In this document: piece by piece, positions 1 to 13,688 of the stretch
Position numbering within the stretch: position 1 is the stretch's first letter
Layout of the letters: the number at the start of each line of letters is the position of its first letter
Assembly (NCBI RefSeq): GCF_963921235.1
Contig: NC_086097.1
Coordinates: 81,842,001-81,906,000, forward strand
DNA length: 64,000 nucleotides
Direction: 5' to 3'
Origin: Mobula hypostoma
Taxonomy: Eukaryota
Program-made: the position numbers and the translations under genes
Notes under the pieces: model-generated
Databases searched by the model: none
What the model saw: the letters and a program-made list of their open reading frames with translations, nothing else
Told to the model about the DNA's origin: nothing

Positions 1-779
1 CTGCCACTTAGATGACGATATAACAGCGCTGGTAGAGTATAAATGTAGCATGTTGAATGCAAGTTTGATTGACCATCAATATTGTCTACAATTGACATTA
101 ATCAGTAGTCCTGGTTTCAGATTGAGAAAAATCAACCCATTTCTCCCAATTAATGATCATTTATGCAGCCATCCCTCCTCCATCTCTAAAGACGTAGAAT
201 ATAGACCTGAGTTGAGAACTAAGCGAAGTTGAAACATGTGATGTTCAGATCTGTAGCCCCAGTACCTGGGGCAGTGTAAGCATCCTTGATCTCCAAATTG
301 GTGGGTGGGTATTCATGCAGAGAGAAAAAAAATGATGCACACCATCTTGAGCGTGTTCATTGTCAAGAGGAAGAAAGTCTACAGAGAGGACAGATTACGT
401 TGTCAGTGTGCAGTGCCAGTGCTGCCATTTCTCAGCCCAATGTTCTACCTAATGATCTAGTTTATATCTGTTTGGCAGAATGTGCACATCAGCAGTGGAA
501 CGCAGTCCCCACCAATCAGCACAGAAGTAGGGAAAGTAATCACCATCTGCTAACAATATAGAGGATTATTTATTTCTTTTGAATGCTCATGCAATCACAC
601 CTCAGTGCTTTCTTCAGTTGCTTAGAAGGTTTTCAGGGTGTAGCGTGGCAGATGCTAAAGATCATTTTGTTTATTGAACTTCCCGCCGGAACAGTTGTGG
701 GCTTATTGGTCGTCACGCCACCGCCAGTAGAGTGGACAGACACCACAGGGAAGCAGACAAGCAGAAAATTAGGAAAATG

Positions 780-1236
780 ATGGGAGTTCAGTGATGGTCC
801 ATGTACAGGGGGAGAGGCATAGAGACGTAATGGACAATTCACTGGACTTCAATAAGAGCTGTAGTGAACAAAAGAAAATAATAAACATTAGACCAATAGG
901 GCAACTAACTAAAAACTCTCTAATTAAAAACTAACACCATCACTATAGCTCAAAAGCAGTAACCTAGCACTAAATTAATCCCGATCCTTTAACTGCATCT
1001 ATTAAAATCAGTAATCATCTTTCCTGGAATGTGGACTAAGGTAAGCAGGGAGTACTGTCATCACTGTGCTTCAGTCAAGACAACAAAATTGAAACAAAAG
1101 AGATACAGGTACAGTAAATACAATTACAAAGAATGCCTAATTTGCTGGAACATGTGATTCTCATATACATGATTGCTGCCTTCTTTCAGCTGTCTGCTTG
1201 TGAGAGTACCCAGACCTCGCAGCTGATTCTGTAACA
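780..1236 (-). repeat. 3' LTR of the Gypsy element
   Basis: Starts TGTTAC after the PPT on the minus strand. Colinear similarity to 5100-5539 (e.g. ttcctggaatgtggactaaggtaagc vs ttccagaatgtgatctaaggtaaac). Low-coordinate boundary approximate. Confidence 0.7.
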
Positions 1237-2694
1237 GGGCTTCTCTCCCTAGGTGCCGCTCCCGAGGTTCCAGGGGCCTGTGCCCACTGGAAGTCCCAGA
1301 TGAGAGACTTGCCCAAGTTAGGTCGAGCCGGATTGGACATTATCCCTCCCAATCAATGAGGTGCGGGACACTGCCCTGTAATGGGGGGTGCTGCACTGAA
1401 TAGTCCAGGATCCAGCCACCAAGCGGGCAAGAGTGGGGGGAGGGGTTGACTGGAGCAAGAAGGGAGGAAGTCACCAGCTTGAGCTGGGAAACATGGAGCA
1501 CCGGCTGAATCTTCACAGATGATGGTAGGTGTAACCTATAGGGGGCTCTGTTGATAGCCTTCTCCACTATGAGTGGTCCCACATAGTGTGGGGCCAACTT
1601 GTGGCTCTCTACTATAGATACCAGCCAGACTTTTCCCCCTAGCTTGAAAGGCCTCACCTGTTGGTGGAGCTGATCAGCCTGCTGGGCATATCATTTCTGG
1701 GCATGCAGCAGAGAAGCCCTGGCCCGTCTCCGCATGCACTTGCAGCATTAGACCAACTGTTCAGCAGCAAGGACTTACACATCAATTACTTGGTCAGGGA
1801 AAAGTGGGTATCGGAATTCCTTCTGGCATTCAAAGGGGGACATATCAGTGGAGGATGACTGGAGATTATTGTGGGCCTTCTCTACCCAACCATTGGGAGC
1901 TCCAGGTTGTGAGTTTGGAAGAGGCAAGGCAGTGCAGGTTTGCTGCAGATCCTGATTCACTCTGTTAGTCTGGCTGTCAGAATGGGGGTGAAACCTGATG
2001 AGAGTCTGGCTGTGGCTCCCAAAGGAGAACAGAAGGCTTTCCAAAAATGGGATGTGAACTGTGGTCCTCGATCAGACACTAGCTCCAGAGAGAAGCCATA
2101 CACTTTGAATACATGTTGAACCATGAGAATGGCACTCTCATGCGCTGCTGGGAGCTTAGGGAGGGCAATGAAGTGGACAATCGATCCATAACGACCCGAA
2201 TAGTAACTTCCCATCTGACAGAGGAATACCAGTGATGAAATCCACCGAGAGGTGGAACCAGGTGCAGTGAGGCACAGGCGGAGGGCTGAGTGGACAACCA
2301 TGGTGCTGACATATTGTCTTGCTTTGGACGTAAGTGGGACAGGCAGACTCAAAGTTGTGGACATCTTGGGACATAGTTGGCCACCATAAATATCTCTTTC
2401 TCAGTTCCAGGGTCCACCAAATGCCTGGGTGGCAACCATATGGGACGAGTGACCCCACTCCAACACTCTGTGGTGCACAGTGTCTGGGGCAAACAACGGA
2501 CTGGGAGGACTCCCACTTGGGTCTGGTTCTGACTGTTGGGCAGTGTTCACCTCTGCTTCTAGTCCCCCAGTCACCGGAGCGGCTAAGCATGCGTGGAGAA
2601 GAATGGCCTCTGAATTGGTGTTGTCCTCAGAGGTGTCGAACTGTTGGGAGGGAGCATCAACCTTGATATTCTAGCTGCCAGGACTGGACGTTCA

Positions 2695-3140
2695 CCAGTT
2701 CAATCTAATATCAGAGGAAGTTTACAGTATAAAACCTGAAATTCTTACTCTTTGCAGACATCCATGAAACAGAAGAAAAGCCTAAAGAACGAATGACAGA
2801 ATATGTTAACACCCCAAAGGTCCCCTCCCCTCTCACACACAAGAAGCAGCAAAAGCATCAACTCTCCCCCCTTGCTCCAGCAAAATCATCAACGCCCACC
2901 CCCCCATCAGCCACCACGCAAGCAACAGCAAAGTTCCCAAAGACCATGATCGTGAGCCCATCAAAAGCTACAGTCCATCCCCACACTTCGACATCTCAGA
3001 CAGGCTCACTCTTTCTACTAGCGAGGAGAGAAAGATATCGCTCCTGCAATAGAGGAGAAGCGAGACCAACAGCTCACTGTTTTGAAGTTACAATCTGCAG
3101 TGTCACTTATTCGAGTTCCCCTACTCAAAGATCCCCAGGT
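2695..3140 (-). mobile_element. Non-coding Rex1-tail retroelement fragment inserted in Gypsy pol
   Basis: Shares the 3' segment (cctgaaattcttactct..gcagacatccatgaaacagaagaaaa) with 37700-38030 and 9131-9905. Confidence 0.65.
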
Positions 3141-5099
3141 TCTCACTCCCCATCGAGAGCAAGAGATTGCTGGAGTGCAGGGGGCTTCTTTCCACAGCTG
3201 TGTACCAGGTTGTAAGCATTGTGCAGATCTATCTTAGAGAACGTAGTTGCTCCTTGGAGACGTTCAAATGCAAAAGCAAGCAGGACAAGAGGGTAGTGGT
3301 ACTTCACCATGAAATTGTTGGGGGACCAATAATCAATGCAGGGATGAAGATAGCCATCCTTCTTGCTCATAAAAATGAAGCCCACCCCTGCTGATGAGAA
3401 GATGGACAGATAAATCCTAAGGCCAATGCCCCCTTGATCTATTCTTCCATGGTCACCATTTAATGACAAGAGAAGGAAAAGAGGCAGCAGAAGAGGACAA
3501 GAACCAGGTAAGATGTCAATGGTCAATGGCACAGTCATACAGCCAGTGTGGAGGCCTTCTTCTTACTGAAGATCTCAGGAAAGTCAGCATGTTCAGCTGG
3601 AACACCAGACATGTCCACACCAGCAGTTGGCTCGAGGTGGGGGTTGGGGGCAGGGATTAACTGACAGGGGCTTGAGATGGACCCAGACAGGTAGACGAGC
3701 ATGCTGTTCCCCACTCTTAGAGTGCCTTTAGGGACCAGACGATCTGTGGGTTGTGTCAAGAGGGCCAGTGAAGGCCAAGCACCAGCAGAAGCTAAGATGA
3801 ATCAACAAGATCGGAGAGCTGTTTCCTATGCTTGCCACCAGCATGTATTGGAGGGGCACTTTGGAAAGGTGGATCTTGTCGGTGCCCAGAGTCCAGACAC
3901 CCAGAGCCTTTTCCTCTCCCAAATGTTGAGTAGGAACTCCCCATCTTTGAGTCTGAGAGATATCCAAGATGTTCCCAGCTGCCCAGGATCAATAAATGCC
4001 AGAAGCTCATGGGTCTGGGACCCCCATGACAGGGAAGCTGGGAGCATTACAGGACTAGGGGAAGACGCTTGCAGGGAGAATTGACCCATTAGAATTTCCC
4101 TTCTTGCTGATGTTGTCCCCTAGGTGCTTGGGACACAGTGCCCCTGAAGTATTCTACAGAACCATAGTAGGGGTGATTCTCTGTACCAATCTCATTCCTC
4201 CTTAGATGGGTGCAGGCCTCCAACCTGCATGAGCTCCTCCACAGACTGTGTACTGGATGCTGGTGGGGTGGGAAAGACAGACAGTGATCGGATGAGTCAG
4301 AGGCCGAGGCATTCTCTCTTTGTGCCACTCCGCTGCCCAGTTGTTTATCTGAATGGATAGATTTATCAGGTCATCCATGCTGTCCTGTTCATTACACACT
4401 CTGATCTCATGCTCACCCAACACTGGACAGGAGTTAGTGGGTAGCCACCTGACCCCATTCTGGAAGGACAAACCCTCCCTTGAACTCAACTACAAATTGC
4501 TGGAAAGACAGGGCTGCAGGAGAACCTTGTTTTCATAGGGCGTGGAACAGGCTGACTGGGGCTCCATCTAAGTGATTCACCATGTCAGCCATTTTATGTG
4601 CATCCTCTCTAAACTGACTTGGCTGGCACTGGAAAGTCAGCTCACACTGGCTAATAAAGATTCTGCTGATATTGGAGTCACTGGAGTATCTGCCTGGTGG
4701 AGGAACGCTTGGTTCAGGTCTGGAAGCAGTCAAAGAACTTGGGGCATTAGTGGCTGAGACTGATAGACTACAGCAGAGGAGGATGGTGAGGTGCTGGTGC
4801 TGGAGGTGGAGCAGTCCTGGCAGACAGCTGCTGACTAGCGGCAGTGAGGGCAGTAATGGCTGCCACCTGGATCTGGTTATCTGTTGTGAGCTGCCGAACC
4901 GTCATCCTGAGTGCTGACAGCTTTTCTTCCGCCCTAGACAGGGCTTGCCACTCTGAAAGTAGGTGTCCCACTGTGACAGCCATTGCTGCCAGCCTAGCCT
5001 CCACTGACTTTTAACTTCTCCATCTGACCAACAAAATTGAGGGCTGATTTTGGCTGTTCTCTCTCCAGAGGGTGCACTTTGACAGTCAATTCTTGCCGT

Positions 5100-5539
5100 C
5101 TGTTCATCGATGTCCTAAAAGCAAAGGGAGGATCACAGACACAGAATGAACAGTTCATTCAGAAACAGTTCAATCAGAAATGTAATGAACTAAGAAAAAG
5201 AATAAACTTGAGGCTCACAGGGCCACTAACTATCAACTTCCAAACTAACTAAAAACCAACAGCATCACTGCAGCACAAAAACAGTAACACTGCTCTTTCA
5301 ACAGTGTCTGGAATCTTCTATTCCAGAATGTGATCTAAGGTAAACATGGAGTGTTGCCATTGCTGTGCTTCAATCAAGACTTGACAGAACTGAAACAAAA
5401 GGAAGAGAGTTAAACACAATTGCAAAGAAACTGTAATTGGCCAGAACGTGGGCATTCTCACGTACCTGACTGCCATCTTCTTTAAGCTGCCCGCCCCCAA
5501 GAGCGCCCAGACTCGGTGGCAGTGTCTATGGTTGCAACA
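5100..5539 (-). repeat. 5' LTR of the Gypsy element
   Basis: Colinear with 780-1236; minus-strand start TGTTGC at 5539. Inner boundary approximate. Confidence 0.65.
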
Positions 5540-5899
5540 GAAAAGTTTTCAATGTAAGGCCTCTTTCATCAAATGTATTTGAGGATTTCTGGTCCCTTTC
5601 TAGAACAATGGCATTAATGTGGCACATCTCATGTTGTCTGCAAGCAGCATCTGTTATTTTCCTTCTGTTATCTTGTTGATAATTGGGTCACATGACTGAT
5701 TTCACTCTGGATTGCCAAACACCTGTAGAAAGCTCTGGAGACACTCTGAATTAACTTGAATATTGTTTGAATTTCTTGATCTCATATGTGCTACTTGTAA
5801 TGTTCTGCAATGGACTGCAATGGTTAAAGGCCAACAATGCTCCAAGCACATTCTCTTTAAATTCCAAAGCCTCTCATTCATTGTTTGACTTGCACCATA

Positions 5900-7815
5900 T
5901 GCCAGGGTGCTCTCTACAGTTACCTGATGAGGTAACCATGGCCTTTGTCCAGGAGCAGATGTCGTCATGTGGTTCCCAGCCTTCATAGAGTGCTTCAACC
6001 CTTAACCACTACACTCTCCAGTTGTTGGGTCGGCAGTGGTGGCCAAGTCATTGCCCATCTGCTTCCGAGTTCCACCTCAACTCCTCTCGCCTGCTCCATA
6101 TCCAGCAAGAGGCTCTTTCTGCTTCCTCCCCCATCCTGCGAGCGCTTGGTTCTGGTTCTTTTCATCAAGGCCCGGCGTAGAGCGCAACCTCCATGCTGAC
6201 CTTGCCAGGAACCCTCTAGAGCCGATCTGCGCGGGAAATAGCCACGACTGCCGTCCTTTGTCCCTGCACTCCTGGACTAAGGACTGGTACTTCATGGCCT
6301 TCCTCTCATGAGCCTCCTCATATCCTTCCTCCCATGGTATTGTGAACTCCACCAGGATGACTTCTTTGTCTTCAGTGGACCACAGTATGACGTCCGATCG
6401 AAGTTTGCACCACCTCTGGGAACTGCAGCTTCCTCCCCACATCGACCCTCATCTCCCATGATTTTGCAGTTTGCAGCAGATTGGATTAGGCCTCTTTGAT
6501 ATGACTGGCATGGCCATCTCCTTGATGAAAATGACTGCCTGTTTGCCTCCCTGCCAGCTGGTCCCTTTTTACACTTCTCCCAGTGAGTCAGCAAGGGACA
6601 GCAGGACCTTGTTGTGATTGACACCTATTTCGTCCTTGTGTTCAAGCTGTTTTGCATCCTGACAGTATGTGTGACACTGAACCTTGCTGACTACAAAGCT
6701 TGCCGATAGGGTCCACTCTCAGCCCCCATGTGTGCAGCTTGATGGTGTAGGGAGAGTGTCATACACGGAACGCAGGAGGAAAGAAATGTGGAAGGTCTCC
6801 AGTATCCAAAGCTCTGCCCAAGTGATCTTGTCCAGGCATCCTGTGACCCCAATTCCACTGCCTTCAATACCTGCCTTTTGTCTTGCAGTTCATGTCTCTG
6901 CCTGGATGATGTCACCTCTATCTCCTGAACTTGCACTCTCCCATCACTGGAAGTGTGCGGAGTCTAGGCCTTGCCATCCCAGGCATGGGTTGCCAATGAT
7001 GTCTCTCAGTTACAGGGAGCTCACTGCCTAGTCTATGGCCAAGTTAGCGGCCCACTTTCAGCCTGATCATATTGTGACTCCTGCTTGATTTATTAGCTTG
7101 TCATTGGAGCCCCTCAGAGTTGACACAATTTTACACTTTTCCACCTTGAACTCCTCCACTACTGAAGAGAACAGGAACTGTAGCTGGCCTGATATTATGT
7201 AGAGCCCCACTGAAGAAAAACTTGTGGGGATCCCCAGCGACCTCTGCAGATGCTTGTTGACCTTCCTCTTGATGCCTTCTACAGTGGTCATGGGGAACTC
7301 ATATATTGTGAAAACCCAGAGTAGCCCTGGTAGAAGACCATGTTGGTACAGTGATGTCTTTAATTTACCAGGGAGTCCGTGTTTGTCAATCTTCTTCAGC
7401 CATCCTTCAGTGCTCTTTACAGTGTCAGTGCTGTTGGCACTGTCCATCATTGCTGCATTAAACCACTTTCCAAGACACTTCACTGAGTTGTCCTCTATGG
7501 ATGGAATGACTTCTCCCTGTACTTGAAGACTTAACTTGCCAGTAACGTTGCCCTTTTTGATCACCATGCATCTGGATTTCCTGGCCTTGAAGGTCATCCA
7601 AGCGCAGGTAGCTACGTTGTCTAGGGTTTGCAATACCCATCTTGCGTGGACATGGGCTAGAGTGCTTACTGTGATGTCATCCATGAACCCCCATATTGCA
7701 GGTTGTCAGATAGCAGGCTCCAACACTGGGCCTCCGGTTATATCTGCTCTGCTGATATGAGGAGTTTCATACCCATGACAAACAAGATGGGGGAGATGGT
7801 ATGGCCGGTCACCCA
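5900..7815 (-). mobile_element. 5'-truncated Hero-clade (R2 group) non-LTR retrotransposon with restriction-like endonuclease, pseudogenised
   Basis: RT motif (F)MDDITV...KSRCMVIKKG...VKCLGKWF (7067-7684), decayed CCHC knuckle (KLCSQQGSVSHILSGC, ~6650-6705) and C-terminal RLE motif LRSDVILWSTEDKEVILVEFTIPWEE...ERKAMKY (6077-6442). Confidence 0.85.
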
Positions 7816-7849
7816 TCCAGTCCAGATGACCTATCCACCTTCAGACCCT

Positions 7850-10310
7850 TTTGCCTCTCAAAGAACTTCTCCTTGGTAATAGAGACAACACTCACCTCTG
7901 TTCCCAACTCTCTGGATTTTCTGGCAAGTTGATGGTTTCTTCCATAGTACTGAAACAAAATACTTACTCAGTTTATCTACCACTTTGTTGTTCTCTGTTA
8001 TTGCTGCTTCAGCATCATTTTCCAATGTCCAATCTTGCCTCTCATCTTCCCTATCTTATTGCTTACTGCTAATCTTTGCAATACTGTATGCCCTCTCTTT
8101 TACTTTTATGATGTCTTGCACTTCCTTTACCAGCCACAATTGCTTCATCTTCTCTTTAGAATGCTTCTTTTTCTTTGTGATAAAATGATCTTGCACCTTC
8201 CAAATCCCAGTAACTCTTGCCGTTGCTGTTCTACTATCATCCCTGTTCGGCTGCTAATCAGCTTTGGCTACTTACTCTCAGTCCTCTGTGGTTACCTTTA
8301 CTGAACTGTAATACAGACACATGTGATTTGAGCTTCTCCCTCACAAACTGTCGGGTAAATTCTATAATATTATCATCACTGTCCCCTTTACCTTCAGCTC
8401 CTTAAATCTGGCATATCTCCACAGTGACTCAACCACAAGCTGCTCTAAAAGCCAACTACATGAATTCTCTCTCTTTGAATCCAGAGCCGGCCTGATTTTC
8501 CCAGACGACCTGCATATTGCAGTCCCCATAACCATTGTAATATTGTCTTTCTCACATGTCTTTTTTTATCTGCTGTTGAAGTATGTACCCCACATCCCAG
8601 CTACCATTTGGAGGCTTTTATCAAACTCCTATTCGGGTCTTTTTTTCAATCCTTGCAGCTACTTAACTCTACCCACAAAGATTCAGCATCCTCTGATCCG
8701 ATGGTACTTCTTGCTAAGGATTTGATTTCATTTTCTGCCACTGCTTCACTCTACTCCTTCTGCCGCCTCCCTGCCTTTTTGCTAGGATGTGTATTCTTGG
8801 ATGTTTTGGACCTGGCTGTGATCTATTTTCAGCCACAACAATGTCATACTTGCCAATTTCTAACTGCACTTTATGATTGTCTACCTTGTTGCAAACACTG
8901 CATGTATTTAAAAATAACACCTTCAGTCCTATATTCACCACTCCCCTTCTCAAATTGGTCCCCGTGTTGCCTGAAGTAAAAATCTATTCCCTTTCTAACC
9001 ATTCTGCCTTATTTTATTCTGCAGTCTTCAGTAAACTCTCCTCTCCTTTCCTTTTAGTTTCTCCACACTTTTCCAATCTGCTGAACCTCACTCACTACTC
9101 TCCTCCCCCACGACCAGTACTGTTTAGTTTCAAAGGTTTCAAAGGTACATTTAATGTCGGAGTAATGTATACAATATACATCCTGAAATGCTTTTTCTTA
9201 GCAACCATCCACAAAAACAGAGGCTGCCCCAAAGAATGAATGACAGTTAAATGTTAGAACACCACAGCCCCCCCAGCTCCCTCCTCCCACGCGTAAGTAG
9301 CAGTAAAGCAATGATTCCCCCCTCCCCCACCAGCAAAAAAATCATTGGCGCTCCCCCCCTCCACCCCACCGAGCCCTCAAGCGTGCAGCAAAGCACCAAT
9401 AAAGACGCGGACTTGAGTACTCCAAAGACTACTCGTTCACCCAGTAATTCAACATACTACAGGCTTTCTCTCTCCCTAATAAGCAGGAAGGAGATGTCTC
9501 CATTTCACATTGAGAGGGGAGACATAACAAACAACTTGCTGATTTACGATGTTAAAAGTCCGTTGTATGGCTTTTGCCGAGCTCTGTGCCCAAAGAACTC
9601 TGTGCACCAATCTTCCGTCTCTCATGAAGCACCAATTTTCTGCATAGGCACTGACCTCGAGTCCGCCCGCCTCCAGCCACAAAATCCCGAAACTCCAAAG
9701 GCGAGCTAGTCTTCTAGGCCGCATCCTTGGTATATCAAATAACGGCCAATCGTGAGACCCCAAGAGCAGGTCTCTTTCCTGAAAAGAACTGTAGTCGGCA
9801 TGTAACTCCAGCTCAGGGTCTTCAAAAGAACCCTGAAAGGGAAAAATAGAGATATTAAAGATGGAAATAGAGCCATTTCCGAAGATGCAAGCAAAGGAGT
9901 TGCTGTTAGTTTAAAGCCTTAGTTATGTGAATCATCAGGACCCTGGCCCCGTCATGGTTCAGGTGGAGTCTGTCACATGGGAATAGCTCCCTCCTTCACC
10001 AATACTGGTGTCAATATCCAACGAATTCAAACCCACTTCTCCTTCACCAATCTTTGCGCCATACATTTAACTCTCTAATCTTATTGACCCTATTGCTTAT
10101 TGCCTCATGGCTTAGGAAGCAATCTAGACATTATTACACATTTTGGTTCTGCCTTTTTAATTTAGTCTCTAGCTACCCAAATTCCCTCAGCATAATCTCG
10201 TTCCTGGCTCTACCTACATTCTTGGAGCACACATGGACCATGACAATTGGATCTTCCTCCTCATACTCCATATTTCTCTGCAGGTTAGATAAGGTGGACT
10301 GACCCAAGCA
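7850..10310 (-). mobile_element. Degraded CR1 LINE (esterase-ORF1 to APE region), split by the insertion at 9131-9905
   Basis: EEEDPIVMVHVCSKNVGR (esterase-like, 10173-10403) and KVLFLNTCSVCNKVD...YDIVVAE (APE start, 8714-8953). Confidence 0.75.
9131..9905 (-). mobile_element. ~775-bp non-coding retroelement with Rex1-like 3' tail
   Basis: TTAGTTT duplicated at 9124-9130 and 9906-9912. Minus-strand tail ATTAAATGTACCTTTGAAACCTTTG. The host CR1 reads through once it is removed (compare 44701 onward). Confidence 0.75.
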
Positions 10311-10464
10311 CCAGGCAGGCCAACTACCATCCACATAACACCTGTGGAACTGGAGGAGCCAACACTTGACCACTGTTACGCCACCACCAAGAGCACTTTC
10401 CATGCTAATTCATATGCACGCACTTTGGAAAGTCTGATCAACTGGCTTTACTTTGACTTCTGGC

Positions 10465-12670
10465 GTACAGGCAGAGGCTGGGGGCTGCAGTGCCGGTGGT
10501 GAGGGCCACGAAGGTGTGGTCAAAGGAGGTGGAGGAGCACTTTCAGGACTGCCTTGAATGAGCGGACTGGACAATATTCAGCAATTCATCTTGAAATCTG
10601 AACAAATATGGCCAATGTTGTCACTGACTTGATCAAGACCTGTATGAATAAGCATGTGCCTTAGAGAACATATCCAAACCAAAAGCCGTAGTCTGTTGAG
10701 GGCTAGGTCTTTGGCATTCAAGGCCGGTGATCCAGAACTAAACAGAAGGTCCAGATATGATGTATGGAAGGCTAGTTTAAGAGCAAAAAAAAAACCAGTT
10801 CCAATTGTTGTTAGAGGTGGAATCAGATGTACATCAGCTCTAGCATTTCTTCTTACAAGGCAAAACCTAACATCGTGAATGGTTGTGATGCTTTACTCCC
10901 AGGTCAACGCCTTTTAAGCATGACTTGAAAGGGAGAATAAAACAATACACCTGCAGCACACACAAAATGCTGGAGGAACTCAGCAGGGCAGGTTGCATCT
11001 TGGAGACTGACATCAAAATATCTTTCATCTTTCAGGAGCGTGAACCCTCGCAAGGTGTCAGACCCCAGTTTTGTACCTGGAAAGACACTGATAACCAATG
11101 CCAACCAACTAACGAGAGTGCTCAAGGACACCTTCAATCTCGCAGTGCTGCAGTCAGAGGTTCCCACCTGCTTCAAAAAGGCAACAGTCATACTAGTGCC
11201 CAAGAAGAGCAGGATGAGATACATCAATGACTATGGCTCATACCTCTACTGTGGTGAAGTGCTTTGAAAGATTGGTCATGCCAGAGTCAACTCCTGCCTA
11301 AATATTGACCTGGACCCACTGCAATTTGCCTATCTCCACTCTAGGCCTACATCGAGTGCAATCTCATTAGCTCTCCACTTTACCTTGGAACAACTGGACG
11401 ATAGCAATACCTATGTTACACTTTTGTCTATTAATTACAGTCTAGCACTAACATCATCTTCCCACTCAGTACTAATCAACAAGTTCCAACACCTGGGCAT
11501 CTGCCACCTCTCTCTGCAACTGGATCTTTGATTTCCTCAGGAGGAGACTACAGTCAGTGCGGATCAGAAATACCATTACTCCTCACTGATGGTCAAGTCT
11601 GGTATGTCTCAAGGATGCTTGCTAATCCCAGTGCTCTCTACACCCCACTCTCTCTACACCCATAACAAAATGCCATCTGTAAATTTGTCAATGAAACTAC
11701 TGTGTTTTGCAGAATTTCAGATGGTGATGAGGAGGTATACAGGAGTGAGATAGATCAAGCAAGTTGAGTGGTCTCACAACAACCACCTTTCACTCAATGT
11801 CAGTAAGACCAAAGCATTGATTGTGGACTTCAGGAAGGGGAAGTCAAGGGAACACACACTAATCCTCATCGAGGGATTAGCAATGGAAAGGGTAAGCAGT
11901 TTTAAGTTCCTGGGTGTTAACATCTCTGAAGATCTACCATGGTACAAACATATTGATGCAATTACAAAGGCACAACAGTGGCTATATCTCATTGCGAGTT
12001 TTAGGAGATTTGCAATGTCACCAAGGACTCCAGCAAATTTCTACACTTGAAAAAGTAGTACGGTCAATTGAGACATGTATGATGTTCTCTTGAGGGGTTA
12101 TTCCCTTAATGGAGACCGCCTGTGCATGGCTTTGTTTGACTTGGGGAGGTTGATGCATGGGCAGCCACTACATGCTCCTTGACAGATTGGGTCATGGTCC
12201 AGTGGCATGCAGTGCAAAGTGATGTGGACTCTTCACTGCGGCAGCCTTCCTCTGTTTGACTGCTGTTGTGATGTGCCATCATCTTCCACCAGCTCCACCA
12301 TTAAGGTCTTGGTTGGATCGCTCTTTGTCTAGGTCTCCCCCCTCCCTTGAACTTACCTATCAGAAGCTAAGCTCCATATGGCATTGCTCTTGGAATCTCA
12401 GGATTTCACAAATGTCTCCACCACAAGGTGATAATTCTTGGAGAAGTCCACAGATGTACCATAGAGAGCATTCTAACTGGTTGTATCACTGTCTGTGTTG
12501 GAGGGACCACTGCGCAGGATTGGATAAAACTACAGAGTGTTGCAAACTCAGGCACTTCCATCACGGGTACTAGTCTTACCAGCACTGAGAACATCTTCAA
12601 AAGGCGATGCCTCAAAAAGGCAGCATCCATCATTAAGTACTGCAATCACTCAGGACATGCCCTTGTGATG
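10465..12670 (+). mobile_element. Degraded Rex1/Babar LINE (RT and 3' part), interrupted at 12046-12447
   Basis: VPTCFKKATVILVPKK, MIVDFRKGK...VSSFKFLGVNISEDL and RCTIESILTGCIT motifs typical of Rex1 RT. Confidence 0.85.
12046..12447 (-). mobile_element. Non-autonomous element resembling an RTE 5' UTR, nested in Rex1
   Basis: Minus strand CACCTTGTGGTGGAGAC...AGACAAAGAGCGATCCAACCAAGACC resembles RTE-clade 5' ends from memory. Rex1 text (aaatttctaca|gatgtacc) resumes after it. Confidence 0.6.
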
Positions 12671-13688
12671 GATATTCACTGTCCTGGGTAAGGGAGGTTG
12701 TTACTTTGTCAAGCTCAGCTTTCCAAACACAGCTACTGACATTTCTAAAGATCAAAGTGTTGTTTTTGAATGAGTTAAACTTCCAACTAATATTCATTGT
12801 TTAGCTTCTAATCATAAACAGGAACCAATCATTAGTTCTTATATAATTGGCAAGCAGCAATCAGTTTGAAGTTAAAAACACAGCTTTGTAAACAGTACTG
12901 TTTAGAAGACATAGACTTGCTGGCCCATAGCACGAGGCTTACTGCTGAAGATATGCTGTATAAGACGATGGATTGTTTAGTTTGGCTTGTTTCAAAATAG
13001 ACAACACTGGCTAAGTTGGTTAGTTCAAGAAAGCTTTCAGACTAGATGGACACAATCGCTTAGTATATCAATAGATGTTCTAGTAATAAGTTGGAAGGCT
13101 TATGTACTGTACTCATGGAGTCAGCTTCATAGCATTAATCTTCTCCAGAAGCTTTTAGATCACTTGTGTTGAAAAAATATCACATGCGTATGAAGTCAGC
13201 CAAGTAGCAGAGAAACAATATACTGTAAATGTAGAGAACAGTCCAGGATTATTAATCAAGAAGAATGATGAAAAAAAACACAGGATTAAATAAAATCCAT
13301 TCCTCTGCCTTTGATTTCTGCATGGAATTCATTAGTATGTCTGGCTAGCTTTTTGGAATTATAGCTGTATCTTAGAAGTATTTTGTGTTGTAGAAATTGT
13401 TTGTCATTTGGAAGTCTTTTTATAAGATAGAAGTCCTCTGTGAGTTTTATATGTGTTTTGAGAATGTTGTTTGGATTTAGACATTTATCACTGAAAATAA
13501 ATTGTGTTTAAACTACTATGTTAGCTGAAAGTATCTCCTCATTGGTAAGGAGTGGGGATCCACTGCTCAAATATTGGGTATTGTCAGCTAAACTCACTGT
13601 GGAGAATAAACAGGGAAATGAACTAATCTTTGAGGATTGGGTAGTTACAATAAAATCTCCATTTAGTGAGGGCACTCATAGCTATTTA

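Larger units (their letters stand above)
780..5539 (-). mobile_element. Decayed Gypsy LTR retrotransposon, chromodomain-bearing (Sushi-like), with RT core/RNase H deleted
   Basis: Minus-strand order gag (PPPGRYSSDSNISRIFISQCELTFQCQP, 4533-4733), protease region (LLAFIDPG, ~3990), RT N-terminus (KKDGYLHPCIDY...FSKIDLHNAYNLV, 3143-3400), integrase (HLSVDFITG; VSDRGPQFTSHFWKAF; KLAPHYVGP) and chromodomain-like LIDWEG (~1345). Polypurine tract AGGGAGAGAAG precedes TGTTAC at 1236. Many frameshifts and stops. Confidence 0.9.

Noticed and set aside
449..546. Possible minus-strand exon (ttagcag acceptor, GDYFPYFCADWWGLRS...)
   Set aside because: All frames stop before the weak donor and no homology is recognised.
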